The notes under the pieces are model-generated. The model searched no databases. It was not told where the DNA came from and was given only the letters and a program-made list of their open reading frames with translations. Of a stretch of 64,000 bases of DNA, positions 55,520-64,000 are shown one piece after another (position 1 is the stretch's first letter; each line of letters opens with the position of its first letter). Source of the stretch: a bacterium (GTDB taxonomy: Bacteria > Patescibacteriota > Microgenomatia > Curtissbacterales > GWA2-41-24); NCBI GenBank assembly GCA_021813945.1, contig JAKAJD010000001.1, positions 137,744 to 201,743 on the forward strand. The letters run 5' to 3'. Both the position numbers and the translations under genes were made by a program.

Positions 55520-58330
55520 ATGGCACATAAATTTAAGGCTGTTTCGCCTCAGGTAAATTTCCCGGAACTTGAGGAAAAAATCCTAAAATATTGGCAGGAA
55601 AATAAGATTTTTGAAAAATCTTTGGCCAAAAACCCAAAATCAAATTCCTGGACTTTTTTAGACGGGCCACCTTTTATAACCGGCCTTCCGCATTATGGAA
55701 GCCTTCTTTCATCGATCCCAAAAGACGTTTTCCCGCGCTATAAAACCATGAAAGGTTACTATGTCCGTCGTGTTTGGGGTTGGGATTGTCACGGGCTTCC
55801 TGCCGAAAATAAGGTGGAAGAAAAACTCGGCATCAAGCGCAAAAAAGATATTGAGCAAAAAATTGGTGTCAAAAAATTCATCGACGAGTGCAAACTTTAC
55901 GTTAACAAAACTTCCGAAGAATGGGATTGGTACATAAACCACATAGGCCGCTGGGTTGATTTTAAAAACGCCTACCGCACGATGGACCTTCCTTATATGG
56001 AATCTGTCATGTGGGTTTTTAAACAGATGTTCGACAAAGGTTATATCTACAAAGGCCTCCGAGTTTCGCTTTTTTGTCCCCACTGCTCGACTCCAATTTC
56101 CAATTTTGAAGTCGCGATGGATGCCGACAACTACAAAGTTTTAACAGAACCGGCAAACACTTATAAATACCAGCTTCAAGACGAAAAAGATACCTACTTT
56201 TTGGCCTGGTCCACAACACCTTGGAACAAAATCGCAACGCCTGCTTTAGCGGTTAACCCAAAACTCACCTACGTTAAGATCAAACAAGGCAGCGAAAATT
56301 TCATTTTGGCAGAGTCAACTTTGAAAATGCTGAGAAAAGCTTACAAAATAATCGAAAAGATAAAAGGTAAAGATTTAGTCGGCAAAAAATTTGTCCCACA
56401 TTATGATTTCTACAAAATAGAACCAGGTAAAAACGCTTTTGTTGTAATCCCGGGTGATTTCGTAACTGCAGACGAAGGAACGGGCATTGTCACAATCGCA
56501 GCTTACGGTGAAGATGACCTTAAAGCCATGCAAGAAAATAATATCCAAATTGTTTTGCATGTCGACGAAGAAGGGATATTAAAAAAAGGCGTTCCCTGGG
56601 AGGGCGAATATTACCTCAAAACCAATAAACTTGTTAACGAAGATCTAGAAAAACGCGGCCTAATGTATAAGGAAGAACCCTACACACATACAGTGCCGAC
56701 ATGCTGGCGCTGCCAAACCCGTTTGTTTTACGCCCCACAAGACGCTTGGTACGTAAATGTCCAAAAATTAAAAGCCCAAATGAAAAAAACGAATGAGGAA
56801 GTTAATTGGATTCCTAAGCATTTTAAATTCGGCAGGTATTTAAAAAGCTTGGAAAATGCCCCCGATTGGTGCATTTCCAGAAGCCGCTATTGGGGTTCTC
56901 CGGTTCCGGTTTGGGAATGCGAAAAATGCGCTGAAAAAATAGTTCCTGGTTCAATTGCCGAGTTGGAAAAGCTTTCTGGCCAAAAAATAAAAGATTTGCA
57001 TAAACCGGAAATAGATAGCGTCACCCTAACTTGTCCAAAGTGTAAATCCAAAGCAAAGCGGGTCACAGAAGTTTTGGACAGTTGGATAGAAGCGGGGTCG
57101 GCTCCTTATGCGGAACGACATTTTCCCTTTGATAAGATGGAACTTGCCGAGTTTTTCCCTCCGGATTTCATAACCGAATACACTGGTCAAATCCGCGCCT
57201 GGTTTTATGTACTGCACGTCATATCGACTGCCATTTTCGACTCATTAGCCTACAAAAACGTTTTGGTTTCAGGAGTAATTTTGGGAACAGACGGCAGAAA
57301 AATGAGCAAAAATTACGGAAATTATCCTGACCCTAAAGAAATGCTTCAAAAATATGGAGGTGACGCGTTAAGGCTTTACCTTTTGGGAAGCCCTGTGATG
57401 CGCGGCGAAGACATCCGCATTTCTGAAACCGCATACCGCGACCAGGTTAGAGGACTCCTTCTAATCCTTTGGAACATTTATAACTTTTTTATAACTTACG
57501 CCACTATCGACAATTGGCAGCCGGGCGCATCAACCACTCCAAAAAATATCTTAGACAAATGGGTCCTCTCGCGACTTAGTGGAAACCTAAAAAACATCAT
57601 GGAAAAAGGCTACGAAAAATACGACACACCGGAAATCGTCAATCAGTTCAGCGTTATGATGAACGACCTTTCACTTTGGTATGTCAGAAGGTCACGCGAC
57701 CGGGTAGGTCCAACCGCCAAAGACCAAAACGACAAAAACGATGCTCACCAAACTCTTTGGAAAGTTTTAGTCGAGTACTCCAAAGCCCTTGCGCCACTTA
57801 TCCCATTTGTAACGGATGAAATATACACAAACTTAACAGGCGATTTGTCGGTTCACTTATCCAGCTGGCCTGAATCGGATGCTCAATTCAAAGATCCGGA
57901 CCTAGAAGTCGGAATGCAAAATGCCATGTCTCTTGCATCGGCAATTCATGCTTTCAGAAAAATTAACGGTCCAAATGTTAGAACACCGCTGAAAAAGGTG
58001 CAATATAAAGGACCGGAAAAAATTACGGAAGAAATTTTAAAAATCGTCAAAGACGAAACTAATATTTACGAATTAGTCTATGAGAGTAAAGCAAAGGATT
58101 TTCAAATATCTGCTGATTCATCTGTCAAAAATCATGATCTTATTGCAGGCCAGGCCAGAGAGATTATCCGTCAAATCCAGCAAGCCAGAAAAGAAGCGGG
58201 TTGTGATTTGTCAGAATATGTCACGGTCAAACTTCCCGACTGGCCAAAGGAATTCGAGCAGGAAATTAAAAACCAGACATTATCATCAAAGCTTGTAAAA
58301 TCGGAAAAGCTGGAAATAGTAAGGACTTAA
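55520..58330 (+). CDS. ileS: isoleucine--tRNA ligase (type 2, eukaryote-like)
   Basis: GPPFITGLPHYGSLL (HIGH region, type-2-like context), WCISRSRYWGSPVPVW, and KMSKN (KMSKS region). The C-terminus lacks the zinc-finger extension of type 1. Confidence 0.88.
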   Translation: MAHKFKAVSPQVNFPELEEKILKYWQENKIFEKSLAKNPKSNSWTFLDGPPFITGLPHYGSLLSSIPKDVFPRYKTMKGYYVRRVWGWDCHGLPAENKVEEKLGIKRKKDIEQKIGVKKFIDECKLYVNKTSEEWDWYINHIGRWVDFKNAYRTMDLPYMESVMWVFKQMFDKGYIYKGLRVSLFCPHCSTPISNFEVAMDADNYKVLTEPANTYKYQLQDEKDTYFLAWSTTPWNKIATPALAVNPKLTYVKIKQGSENFILAESTLKMLRKAYKIIEKIKGKDLVGKKFVPHYDFYKIEPGKNAFVVIPGDFVTADEGTGIVTIAAYGEDDLKAMQENNIQIVLHVDEEGILKKGVPWEGEYYLKTNKLVNEDLEKRGLMYKEEPYTHTVPTCWRCQTRLFYAPQDAWYVNVQKLKAQMKKTNEEVNWIPKHFKFGRYLKSLENAPDWCISRSRYWGSPVPVWECEKCAEKIVPGSIAELEKLSGQKIKDLHKPEIDSVTLTCPKCKSKAKRVTEVLDSWIEAGSAPYAERHFPFDKMELAEFFPPDFITEYTGQIRAWFYVLHVISTAIFDSLAYKNVLVSGVILGTDGRKMSKNYGNYPDPKEMLQKYGGDALRLYLLGSPVMRGEDIRISETAYRDQVRGLLLILWNIYNFFITYATIDNWQPGASTTPKNILDKWVLSRLSGNLKNIMEKGYEKYDTPEIVNQFSVMMNDLSLWYVRRSRDRVGPTAKDQNDKNDAHQTLWKVLVEYSKALAPLIPFVTDEIYTNLTGDLSVHLSSWPESDAQFKDPDLEVGMQNAMSLASAIHAFRKINGPNVRTPLKKVQYKGPEKITEEILKIVKDETNIYELVYESKAKDFQISADSSVKNHDLIAGQAREIIRQIQQARKEAGCDLSEYVTVKLPDWPKEFEQEIKNQTLSSKLVKSEKLEIVRT

Positions 58331-59377
58331 ATGCGAAAAACTTGGGATTGGCTTCTTTTTGTGCAAATTCTTGCTGTTGGCACAATTTCACTTCTTATCA
58401 TCTCTTCGATTTCAAAAAGCCTGGCGGTAAACCAGCTGATATTTTGGGTTTTAGGGCTAGTTATTTTTTACATTTTCACTCAATTTGACTATTTAAGCTG
58501 GAAAAATTTGGCAATTCCAATTTACGTCGGGTCATTAATCTTGCTTCTCGCACTCCTGGTTATGGGAACCCCTGTTCGGGGATCTGTGCGCTGGATAGAT
58601 GTTGGTTTTTTCCGCATCCAACCCTCAGAAATTGCCAAGGCCGCAAGTATAATTATTCTTTCGGCCTATTACAGTGTTAGGCCTGCATCTAACCTTAAAA
58701 ACCTTTTCGGGGGCTTGATCATTGTTGCCCCCGCTGCCGTTTTAGTTTTGATCCAGCCGGATATCGGCAATTCTTTAGCATTTTTGGGAATCTGGCTTGG
58801 AATCGCAACAGCTGCCGGTTTTAAGCTAAAGCACATGCTTTCCTTGGCTCTAATCGGGACTATTGCTATCTTTTTGCTTTTCGAACTTTTGGCACCGTAT
58901 CAAAAACAAAGAATAGAAAGTTTTCTAAACCCCGGCTCGGATCCTTTGGGTACAGGCTACAATATAATTCAGTCGAAAATCGCCGTCGGTTCCGGCGGCT
59001 TTTTAGGAAAAGGCTATAGTCGCGGTTCGCAGTCACAACTTAAGTTTTTACCGGAAGCAGAAAGCGATTTCATGTTCGCATCAATAGCCGAACAACTTGG
59101 GTTTCTGGGTGCCGGACTTTTAATCGCCGTCTTTTCCTGGATGATAATAAGGATTTTGGGGATCGCCAAAAACCGAGATAAATTTGCCCAGCTTCTAATA
59201 GTCGGCGTCGCTTCGTTTTTAATACTTCAGTTTTTGGTCAACGTCGGCATGAATATGGGGATTTTGCCTGTAACAGGAATTACTTTCCCAATGGTTTCCT
59301 ACGGAGGCTCCTCGCTTCTCACAACACTATTTCTTCTAGGGCTTGTCTTTTCCGTTTCCCAAAAAAGCACATACTAA
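58331..59377 (+). CDS. SEDS family protein (RodA/FtsW paralogue)
   Basis: 348-aa 10-TM protein with RIQPSEIAK and PEAESDFMFASIAEQLGF blocks. A second SEDS gene outside the dcw cluster. Confidence 0.85.
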   Translation: MRKTWDWLLFVQILAVGTISLLIISSISKSLAVNQLIFWVLGLVIFYIFTQFDYLSWKNLAIPIYVGSLILLLALLVMGTPVRGSVRWIDVGFFRIQPSEIAKAASIIILSAYYSVRPASNLKNLFGGLIIVAPAAVLVLIQPDIGNSLAFLGIWLGIATAAGFKLKHMLSLALIGTIAIFLLFELLAPYQKQRIESFLNPGSDPLGTGYNIIQSKIAVGSGGFLGKGYSRGSQSQLKFLPEAESDFMFASIAEQLGFLGAGLLIAVFSWMIIRILGIAKNRDKFAQLLIVGVASFLILQFLVNVGMNMGILPVTGITFPMVSYGGSSLLTTLFLLGLVFSVSQKSTY

Positions 59378-59397
59378 TTTGAACAAATTACATTAAC

Positions 59398-59574
59398 GAA
59401 GGTCAGGCCTCGTCAGCAAAAAGGTCAGGCCTTGACCCATGCCGGTTCCAAGAAAAAGGCCTGACCTTGAATCGCAGCTCCAGTTAAGGGCAGGTCTTTG
59501 CCCATTAAAATCCGAACTAAGGCCTGCCCTTTTACCTATCGCCATTGACTATCCAAAGCCGCATCAAGTACAAT
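59398..59574 (+). repeat. GC-rich two-hairpin intergenic element (copy B) ending in TTGACT-N18-TACAAT promoter for rplU
   Basis: Contains AAGGTCAGGCC three times (two direct, one inverted at 59458-68). A second inverted repeat is TAAGGGCAGGtC...GGCCTGCCCTT. It then runs CTTTTACCT...TTGACT(59545-50)...TACAAT(59569-74). The same motifs occur at 13706-13817. Confidence 0.6.
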
Positions 59575-59584
59575 TTCCACGGTT

Positions 59585-59899
59585 ATGGATACGTGGGCAG
59601 TTATTCGAACTGGCGGTAAACAACATAAAGTCGCAGTCGGTGAAATTCTTTCCGTGGAAAAAATTTCCGCGAAAGGGGAGACCGTCAGTTTTGACGAAGT
59701 TTTACTTGTCAGCTCATCTGGCAAACTTCAAATCGGCAAACCTTTAGTCGAAAAAGCCAAAGTCAAAGCCAAAATTCTTGGTGATTTCAAAGGTAAAAAG
59801 GTTAGGGTTGTGAAATTTAAATCAAAATCCCGCTATCTCAGGACAACCGGCCATAGACATCAAAAGACAAAGGTCAAAATCGAAAAAATCGAAAGCTAA
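59585..59899 (+). CDS. rplU: 50S ribosomal protein L21
   Basis: MDTWAVIRTGGKQHKVAVGEIL..., the L21 N-terminal signature. Confidence 0.9.
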   Translation: MDTWAVIRTGGKQHKVAVGEILSVEKISAKGETVSFDEVLLVSSSGKLQIGKPLVEKAKVKAKILGDFKGKKVRVVKFKSKSRYLRTTGHRHQKTKVKIEKIES

Positions 59900-59918
59900 T
59901 CCGCCTGCTCAATTCAAA

Positions 59919-60425
59919 ATGGTAGAAGCAGACCATCAAGACCAACGAAGACCAACTAAAAACGGGGTACCAATTGTCTATATCGACCGAGAAGGAGAAG
60001 GAGTGCGTATCAGTTCACCCGGGTTAGACTATGATTACACAATTCCAGGCCCATGTTTTAGCGAAAGATCAGTCAAAAATTCGATTGTTGCTATGGCTCC
60101 GGGCAGGGTAGTTTTTTATGACGAAATAGTAGATCCAAGACCCGCTGAAACACAAGATGGTCACTTGATTGTTTATTTACATATGAAACGAAATTCCGTT
60201 GAAGCAGATTGTCCTGGCCTCCCATATGTTATTGATCCAGATGGTTACCAAGGAGACTTCAAAGAAGATATTGGGAAAAAAATAAAACATGCAGCGGAAG
60301 ATATTCTTAAACAATCAAAAAGAAGGAAATATGCACAAGGAACTTTAGACCGGGCCAAAAAAATCGTAGCTTCAAATGGCGACTTACCTTTAGTTTTTGT
60401 CGAGAATTTCGATCTTGGCAGTTAA
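59919..60425 (+). CDS. hypothetical protein inserted between rplU and rpmA
   Basis: 168-aa ORF with ATG start and no domain recognised. It occupies the slot where some bacteria encode the Prp protease, but does not resemble it. Confidence 0.45.
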   Translation: MVEADHQDQRRPTKNGVPIVYIDREGEGVRISSPGLDYDYTIPGPCFSERSVKNSIVAMAPGRVVFYDEIVDPRPAETQDGHLIVYLHMKRNSVEADCPGLPYVIDPDGYQGDFKEDIGKKIKHAAEDILKQSKRRKYAQGTLDRAKKIVASNGDLPLVFVENFDLGS

Positions 60426-60529
60426 TCTGTATCAAACCATAACTTTCCGATCCATTGACAACTTGTGAAAATCTGGATACAATCAAATTCGACATCGATT
60501 TTCGAAATATGTAGTCGGTAGTCAGCAAA

Positions 60530-60781
60530 GTGGCACACAAAAAAGGCGGCGGAGCAACTAAAAAGAATAGGGATTCAGCAGGCAAGCGTTTAGGCGTGAA
60601 AATCTACGGCGGCCAAACCGCTAAACCCGGCAACATCATTGTGCGCCAACATGGAACACAATTCTATCCTGGAATCGGCACAATGCTCGGCCGTGATCAC
60701 ACAATTTTTGCAATAAGAGAAGGTCTTGTTAAATTCAGGCAGAAATTAGGTAAAAAATTGGTGGACATAGTATCAAATTAG
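60530..60781 (+). CDS. rpmA: 50S ribosomal protein L27
   Basis: [29 protein letters not shown]... Confidence 0.92.
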   Translation: MAHKKGGGATKKNRDSAGKRLGVKIYGGQTAKPGNIIVRQHGTQFYPGIGTMLGRDHTIFAIREGLVKFRQKLGKKLVDIVSN

Positions 60782-60839
60782 TATCCCAAATATCCCTCGA
60801 TACTTCTGATACTCTTGATACATCTGATACTTTAAAAAA

Positions 60840-61670
60840 ATGGAAGAGAGTCAAATTTTCGATATAGACATCGACATGTTGCAGCCGAACCCGCTGCAGC
60901 CCCGGGGCTTAATTACCCCTGATTCCCTAAACGAACTTATAGATTCCATCCGAGAACACGGTGTCGTAGAACCTTTGGTGGTCGCCAAAACCCCTGCCGG
61001 TTATCAGATTATTGCCGGCGAACGCAGGTGGCGCGCTTCCAAAATTGCTGGACTTGCTAAAGTTCCAGTCATCATCAAAGAAACCACTCCCCAAGGAATG
61101 CTGGAAATGGCTATAATCGAAAACGTCCAAAGAATAGATCTTAATCCGCTTGAAAGAGCCCAGGCTTTCAAAAGACTAATGGATGAATTTGGACTTTCAA
61201 CTGGTGAAATTGCAGTAAAAGTTGGCAAAAGCGCACCCTATGTTTCTAATACTCTCAGACTTTTAACAGTCCCCGATGTTTTAAAGGATGCGCTTGCATC
61301 TGGAGCAACCTCAGAAGGTCACGTTAGGGCCCTGGCATCTCTCGAAGATCCTCATTTGGTCGTTGAAGCTTACAAAGAAATTCTGGCCAAAAACCTTTCT
61401 GTTAGGGGTGCGGAAGAACTCGCTCGAAAGCTTAAGGCTCGCGAAAACATAAGCCCCAAACAGCAAAAACCGGCGCTTAGGCTTCAAAACGATGAGCTAG
61501 ATGCTTACGAGGAACACGTCTCTAAAAAACTGACAAACGAAAGTGTAAAAACTAAGGTCAAAATCAGTCAATCCAGAGTTGAGTCCAAAATGCACGTTGT
61601 CGTTCGAGGCAAAGTAGAAGACACTTCGCAAATTATCAAAAGAATTTGCGATTTAGTAATGAACTCTTGA
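60840..61670 (+). CDS. parB: ParB/Spo0J family chromosome partitioning protein
   Basis: ParB box II EPLVV...IIAGERRWRASKIAGLAKVPVII plus HTH and C-terminal dimerisation regions. Confidence 0.88.
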   Translation: MEESQIFDIDIDMLQPNPLQPRGLITPDSLNELIDSIREHGVVEPLVVAKTPAGYQIIAGERRWRASKIAGLAKVPVIIKETTPQGMLEMAIIENVQRIDLNPLERAQAFKRLMDEFGLSTGEIAVKVGKSAPYVSNTLRLLTVPDVLKDALASGATSEGHVRALASLEDPHLVVEAYKEILAKNLSVRGAEELARKLKARENISPKQQKPALRLQNDELDAYEEHVSKKLTNESVKTKVKISQSRVESKMHVVVRGKVEDTSQIIKRICDLVMNS

Positions 61671-62255
61671 AATAACCCTCATACCGTCCGAACTCTTTCC
61701 TCTAAAAATTGGCCAGTAAACAAAAAACACCCTTCCCTGAATTTTATCTTCTGTAATTGGACCGAATACTCTAGAATCTGAAGAAGATGGCCTATTATCA
61801 CCCATTACAAAATATTCATTGGGCCCGAGCGTTCTCTTTTCGTCCCCTGGCGACTCAACGTTTAAATAAGGCTCTTCAAGTTTTTTGCCGTTTATAAAAA
61901 TAGATCCGCTTGTAACGGAAATTTGTTCACCGGGAAGTCCAATAATCCTTTTTATAAAATCAATGTTGTGTCCGACCGGTGCTTCAAAAACAATTACATC
62001 ACCCCTTTGCGGTTTAGAAAAGCGGTAAGAAACCTTTTCTGTTAAAAGAAGTTCTCCATCAACAAAAGTCGGGAACATTGATTCACCTTTAACCCTGTGA
62101 GGCTGAATCAAAAAAATATAAACAATTAAAAATATTCCAAAAGAAACTAGAAGTGTTTGCGCGACTTCTTTTATTGTGGAGGCAAGACCTTCTTTCATCG
62201 TATCTGTTAATTTTATGTTAAAATTGCCCCAATCGGAAAGAGGCAATCTGAGCAT
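61653..62255 (-). CDS. lepB: signal peptidase I
   Basis: TM anchor, catalytic Ser box GESMFPT, Lys box KRIIGLPGE, and GDNRPSSSDSR. Confidence 0.88.
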   Translation of the reverse strand: MLRLPLSDWGNFNIKLTDTMKEGLASTIKEVAQTLLVSFGIFLIVYIFLIQPHRVKGESMFPTFVDGELLLTEKVSYRFSKPQRGDVIVFEAPVGHNIDFIKRIIGLPGEQISVTSGSIFINGKKLEEPYLNVESPGDEKRTLGPNEYFVMGDNRPSSSDSRVFGPITEDKIQGRVFFVYWPIFRGKSSDGMRVISRVHY

Positions 62256-62281
62256 ACAAAAAGGTTGTCAAGAAAACGTTT

Positions 62282-62355
62282 GGAGTTGTAGCTCAGCCGG
62301 TTAGAGCGTTCCGTTCACATCGGAAAGGTCACAGGTTCGAGTCCTGTCAACTCCA
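62282..62355 (+). tRNA. tRNA-Val (anticodon CAC)
   Basis: 74-nt cloverleaf: acceptor GGAGTTG/CAACTCC, D-arm GCTC-AGCCGGTTA-GAGC, anticodon stem TTCCG/CGGAA with loop TTCACAT, T-arm ACAGG-TTCGAGT-CCTGT. CCA is not encoded. Confidence 0.85.
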
Positions 62356-62372
62356 CACTAAAATAATAAAAA

Positions 62373-63560
62373 ATGCTTGTAAATTTGCTTCTTTTAACAA
62401 CACTCGCAACACTTATTCCGGGCCAACTAATAAGAGTTTCTCTGGGTCAATCCGGCGCAATAAGCCTAACTGATATTTTTTTGTTTTTAACCATATTGGT
62501 TTTTCTTTTCAACTCCCTTTTTATAAAAAAGTCGATTAAAGTCCCCCCTCTTGTCACAAAACCTTTTGTACTATTCACTTTTGCAGCAGCTGCATCTTTG
62601 GTAATAGCTTTAAACAGGCTATCTCCCGGGCAAGTACTAGTGTCAGCTCTTTTTCTCGTTCGCTTTATTGCTTTTTTTTCAATAAGTTTAGTTGTTTACA
62701 ACTTTGTTCAGAAAAAATCACAAGAAAAGTGGATTAACGCACTTCTTACATTGGGAATAATTTTTGCATTTCTCGGTTTTTTGCAACTTATATTTTTTTC
62801 AAACCTTTCCCAACTCCAAATGTATGGGTGGGATCCCCATCAAATGCGGCTTGTATCAACAACCCTGGATCCAAATTTCACAGGTTCGATTTTAGCAATT
62901 CTTTCTGCAATATCACTCTCGTTTTACCTTTACAAAAGCAAGAAATTTTATTTAGTTAGTCTTGCTATTTTTACAGTGGCACTGATCCTCACTTTTTCCA
63001 GGAGTTCCTATTTGGCAATAGCAACAGTTATGGCAACAATCGGAATCATCAAGGCACCACGCGTTCTTGTGGCATCGATTGTGGTTTTTTTAATTTCTTT
63101 TGCTCTGGTTCCACAGGTCAGAAGCAGAATAATAGGCGCGCTAACAATAGACGAAACGGCCCAGGCCCGGTTGGAAAGCTGGCAGAATGCCCTAAAGGTT
63201 TTTAAGAATAACCCACTTGTCGGTGTTGGATTTAATACTTATCGCTATACTCAGGCAGAATATGGATTTTTTTCCTTTGACAACCCTGAAGGAGGCCATT
63301 CCGGCTCAGGATCCGACTCCAGTATCCTTTTAGTTGCGGCAACATCAGGAGCCATTGGCCTTTTTCTTTATCTCTACTTTTTGCTGGATATATTCAAGAT
63401 CTTAAAAGACAAGGTTACCAAAAACCCTCTTCACCTAGGCGCACTTGCCGCATTTCTAGGACTTTTGGTTGATTCCCAGTTTGTGAACTCCTTGTTTTTC
63501 CCCCAAGTAATGCTGGTTTTTTACTTTACGTTGGGATTAGTATTAAAAGGTGATATTTAA
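62373..63560 (+). CDS. O-antigen ligase/polymerase family membrane protein (Wzy_C-like)
   Basis: About 10 TM helices, the characteristic LTFSRSSYLAIA loop motif, and a large periplasmic loop. Confidence 0.7.
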   Translation: MLVNLLLLTTLATLIPGQLIRVSLGQSGAISLTDIFLFLTILVFLFNSLFIKKSIKVPPLVTKPFVLFTFAAAASLVIALNRLSPGQVLVSALFLVRFIAFFSISLVVYNFVQKKSQEKWINALLTLGIIFAFLGFLQLIFFSNLSQLQMYGWDPHQMRLVSTTLDPNFTGSILAILSAISLSFYLYKSKKFYLVSLAIFTVALILTFSRSSYLAIATVMATIGIIKAPRVLVASIVVFLISFALVPQVRSRIIGALTIDETAQARLESWQNALKVFKNNPLVGVGFNTYRYTQAEYGFFSFDNPEGGHSGSGSDSSILLVAATSGAIGLFLYLYFLLDIFKILKDKVTKNPLHLGALAAFLGLLVDSQFVNSLFFPQVMLVFYFTLGLVLKGDI

Positions 63561-63567
63561 AATATTT

Positions 63568-64000
63568 TTGGTTTGGCGGCTTGCTCTTTTTATAATAACC
63601 TACATAGGAAGCAAAATTCATCCGCTAGTGCAAAATGGCGGCATCGGAGCAGTAGCGCCAGGTAAGAGTTTTGATTTTTTTGCCTCATGGGCCCAGTGGG
63701 ATGGAGGCCATTTTTACAATATCGCCAAATACGGTTATTTCGCCCCTAACGAATTCGCTTTTTTCCCGATGTATCCAGGACTTATAAAGCTGGTAAGTTA
63801 TTTAACTCTCGGAAACACTCTTCTTGCTGGTTTTTTAATTTCCAATATCTCTTTTCTGGCGTTTCTCTACGTTTTTTATAATCTTGCTGCAAAAATCCAA
63901 AATAAAAACGTAGCTCTTGCTGCAACTCTTACCTTAATCTTTTTCCCGACTGCTTTTTTCACCGTCGCATTTTACTCGGAAAGTCTTTTTTTGTTAGCTG
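63568..64000 (+). CDS. polytopic membrane protein, possible GT-C mannosyltransferase (PIG-V/DUF2029-like), truncated by window end
   Basis: Open frame from TTG about 63568 to the window end. Contains W..WDGGHFYNIAKYGY...FFPMYP, resembling mannosyltransferase-type GT-C proteins. Confidence 0.45.
   Translation, partial: MVWRLALFIITYIGSKIHPLVQNGGIGAVAPGKSFDFFASWAQWDGGHFYNIAKYGYFAPNEFAFFPMYPGLIKLVSYLTLGNTLLAGFLISNISFLAFLYVFYNLAAKIQNKNVALAATLTLIFFPTAFFTVAFYSESLFLLA

Noticed and set aside
1-64000. CRISPR arrays, rRNA genes, transposases/IS elements, integrases
   Set aside because: I looked for regularly spaced short repeats and for DDE/tyrosine-recombinase-like ORFs and found none. The only RNA gene found is tRNA-Val at 62282-62355.

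Overview
This 64-kb window looks like part of a small, AT-leaning bacterial genome, and many features suggest a CPR/Patescibacteria-like lineage (inference only): short intergenic spacing, many TTG/GTG starts, a type-2-like IleRS, a homodimeric-type GlyRS, and many hypothetical proteins. The core is a very long, co-directional division-and-cell-wall supercluster from about 13.9 to 33.7 kb. It runs mraZ-rsmH-ftsL-ftsI-murE-(glmU N-domain::murC fusion)-murB-murA-murF-mraY-murI-murD-ftsW-murG-ftsQ-ftsA-ftsZ and is interrupted once by an opposite-strand orphan gene. Upstream are envelope-glycan genes: a GT-C mannosyltransferase-like protein, an orphan histidine kinase, a GT4, a ManC-like nucleotidyltransferase, a polyprenyl-phosphate sugar transferase and a large secreted protein. 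recO, glyQS and a purF-like gene follow. Downstream of the supercluster are an AT-rich two-gene module whose second protein ends in a HEPN-like (TIGR02391-type) motif, then ridA, a higher-GC minus-strand four-gene operon (EamA plus three hypotheticals) with a 20-bp direct repeat at two gene 3' ends, an RND efflux pair, a block of hypotheticals including a P-loop kinase, a second glycan locus (two GT2, two membrane proteins), a VOC protein, an ATP-grasp ligase and cutA. The last section holds small hypothetical genes with strong promoters, ileS, a second SEDS gene, rplU, an inserted hypothetical gene, rpmA, parB, lepB, tRNA-Val, and an O-antigen-ligase-like gene. Non-coding signals include a 4x10-bp tandem repeat upstream of mraZ that fits an MraZ operator, a two-hairpin GC-rich element present upstream of both mraZ and rplU, and several TTGAC(A/T)-N15-18-TAnAAT promoters that imply leaderless mRNAs. 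I found no CRISPR array, rRNA or obvious transposase. CDS ends below follow the supplied ORF track; small motif coordinates are my own reading and may be off by 1-2 bp.
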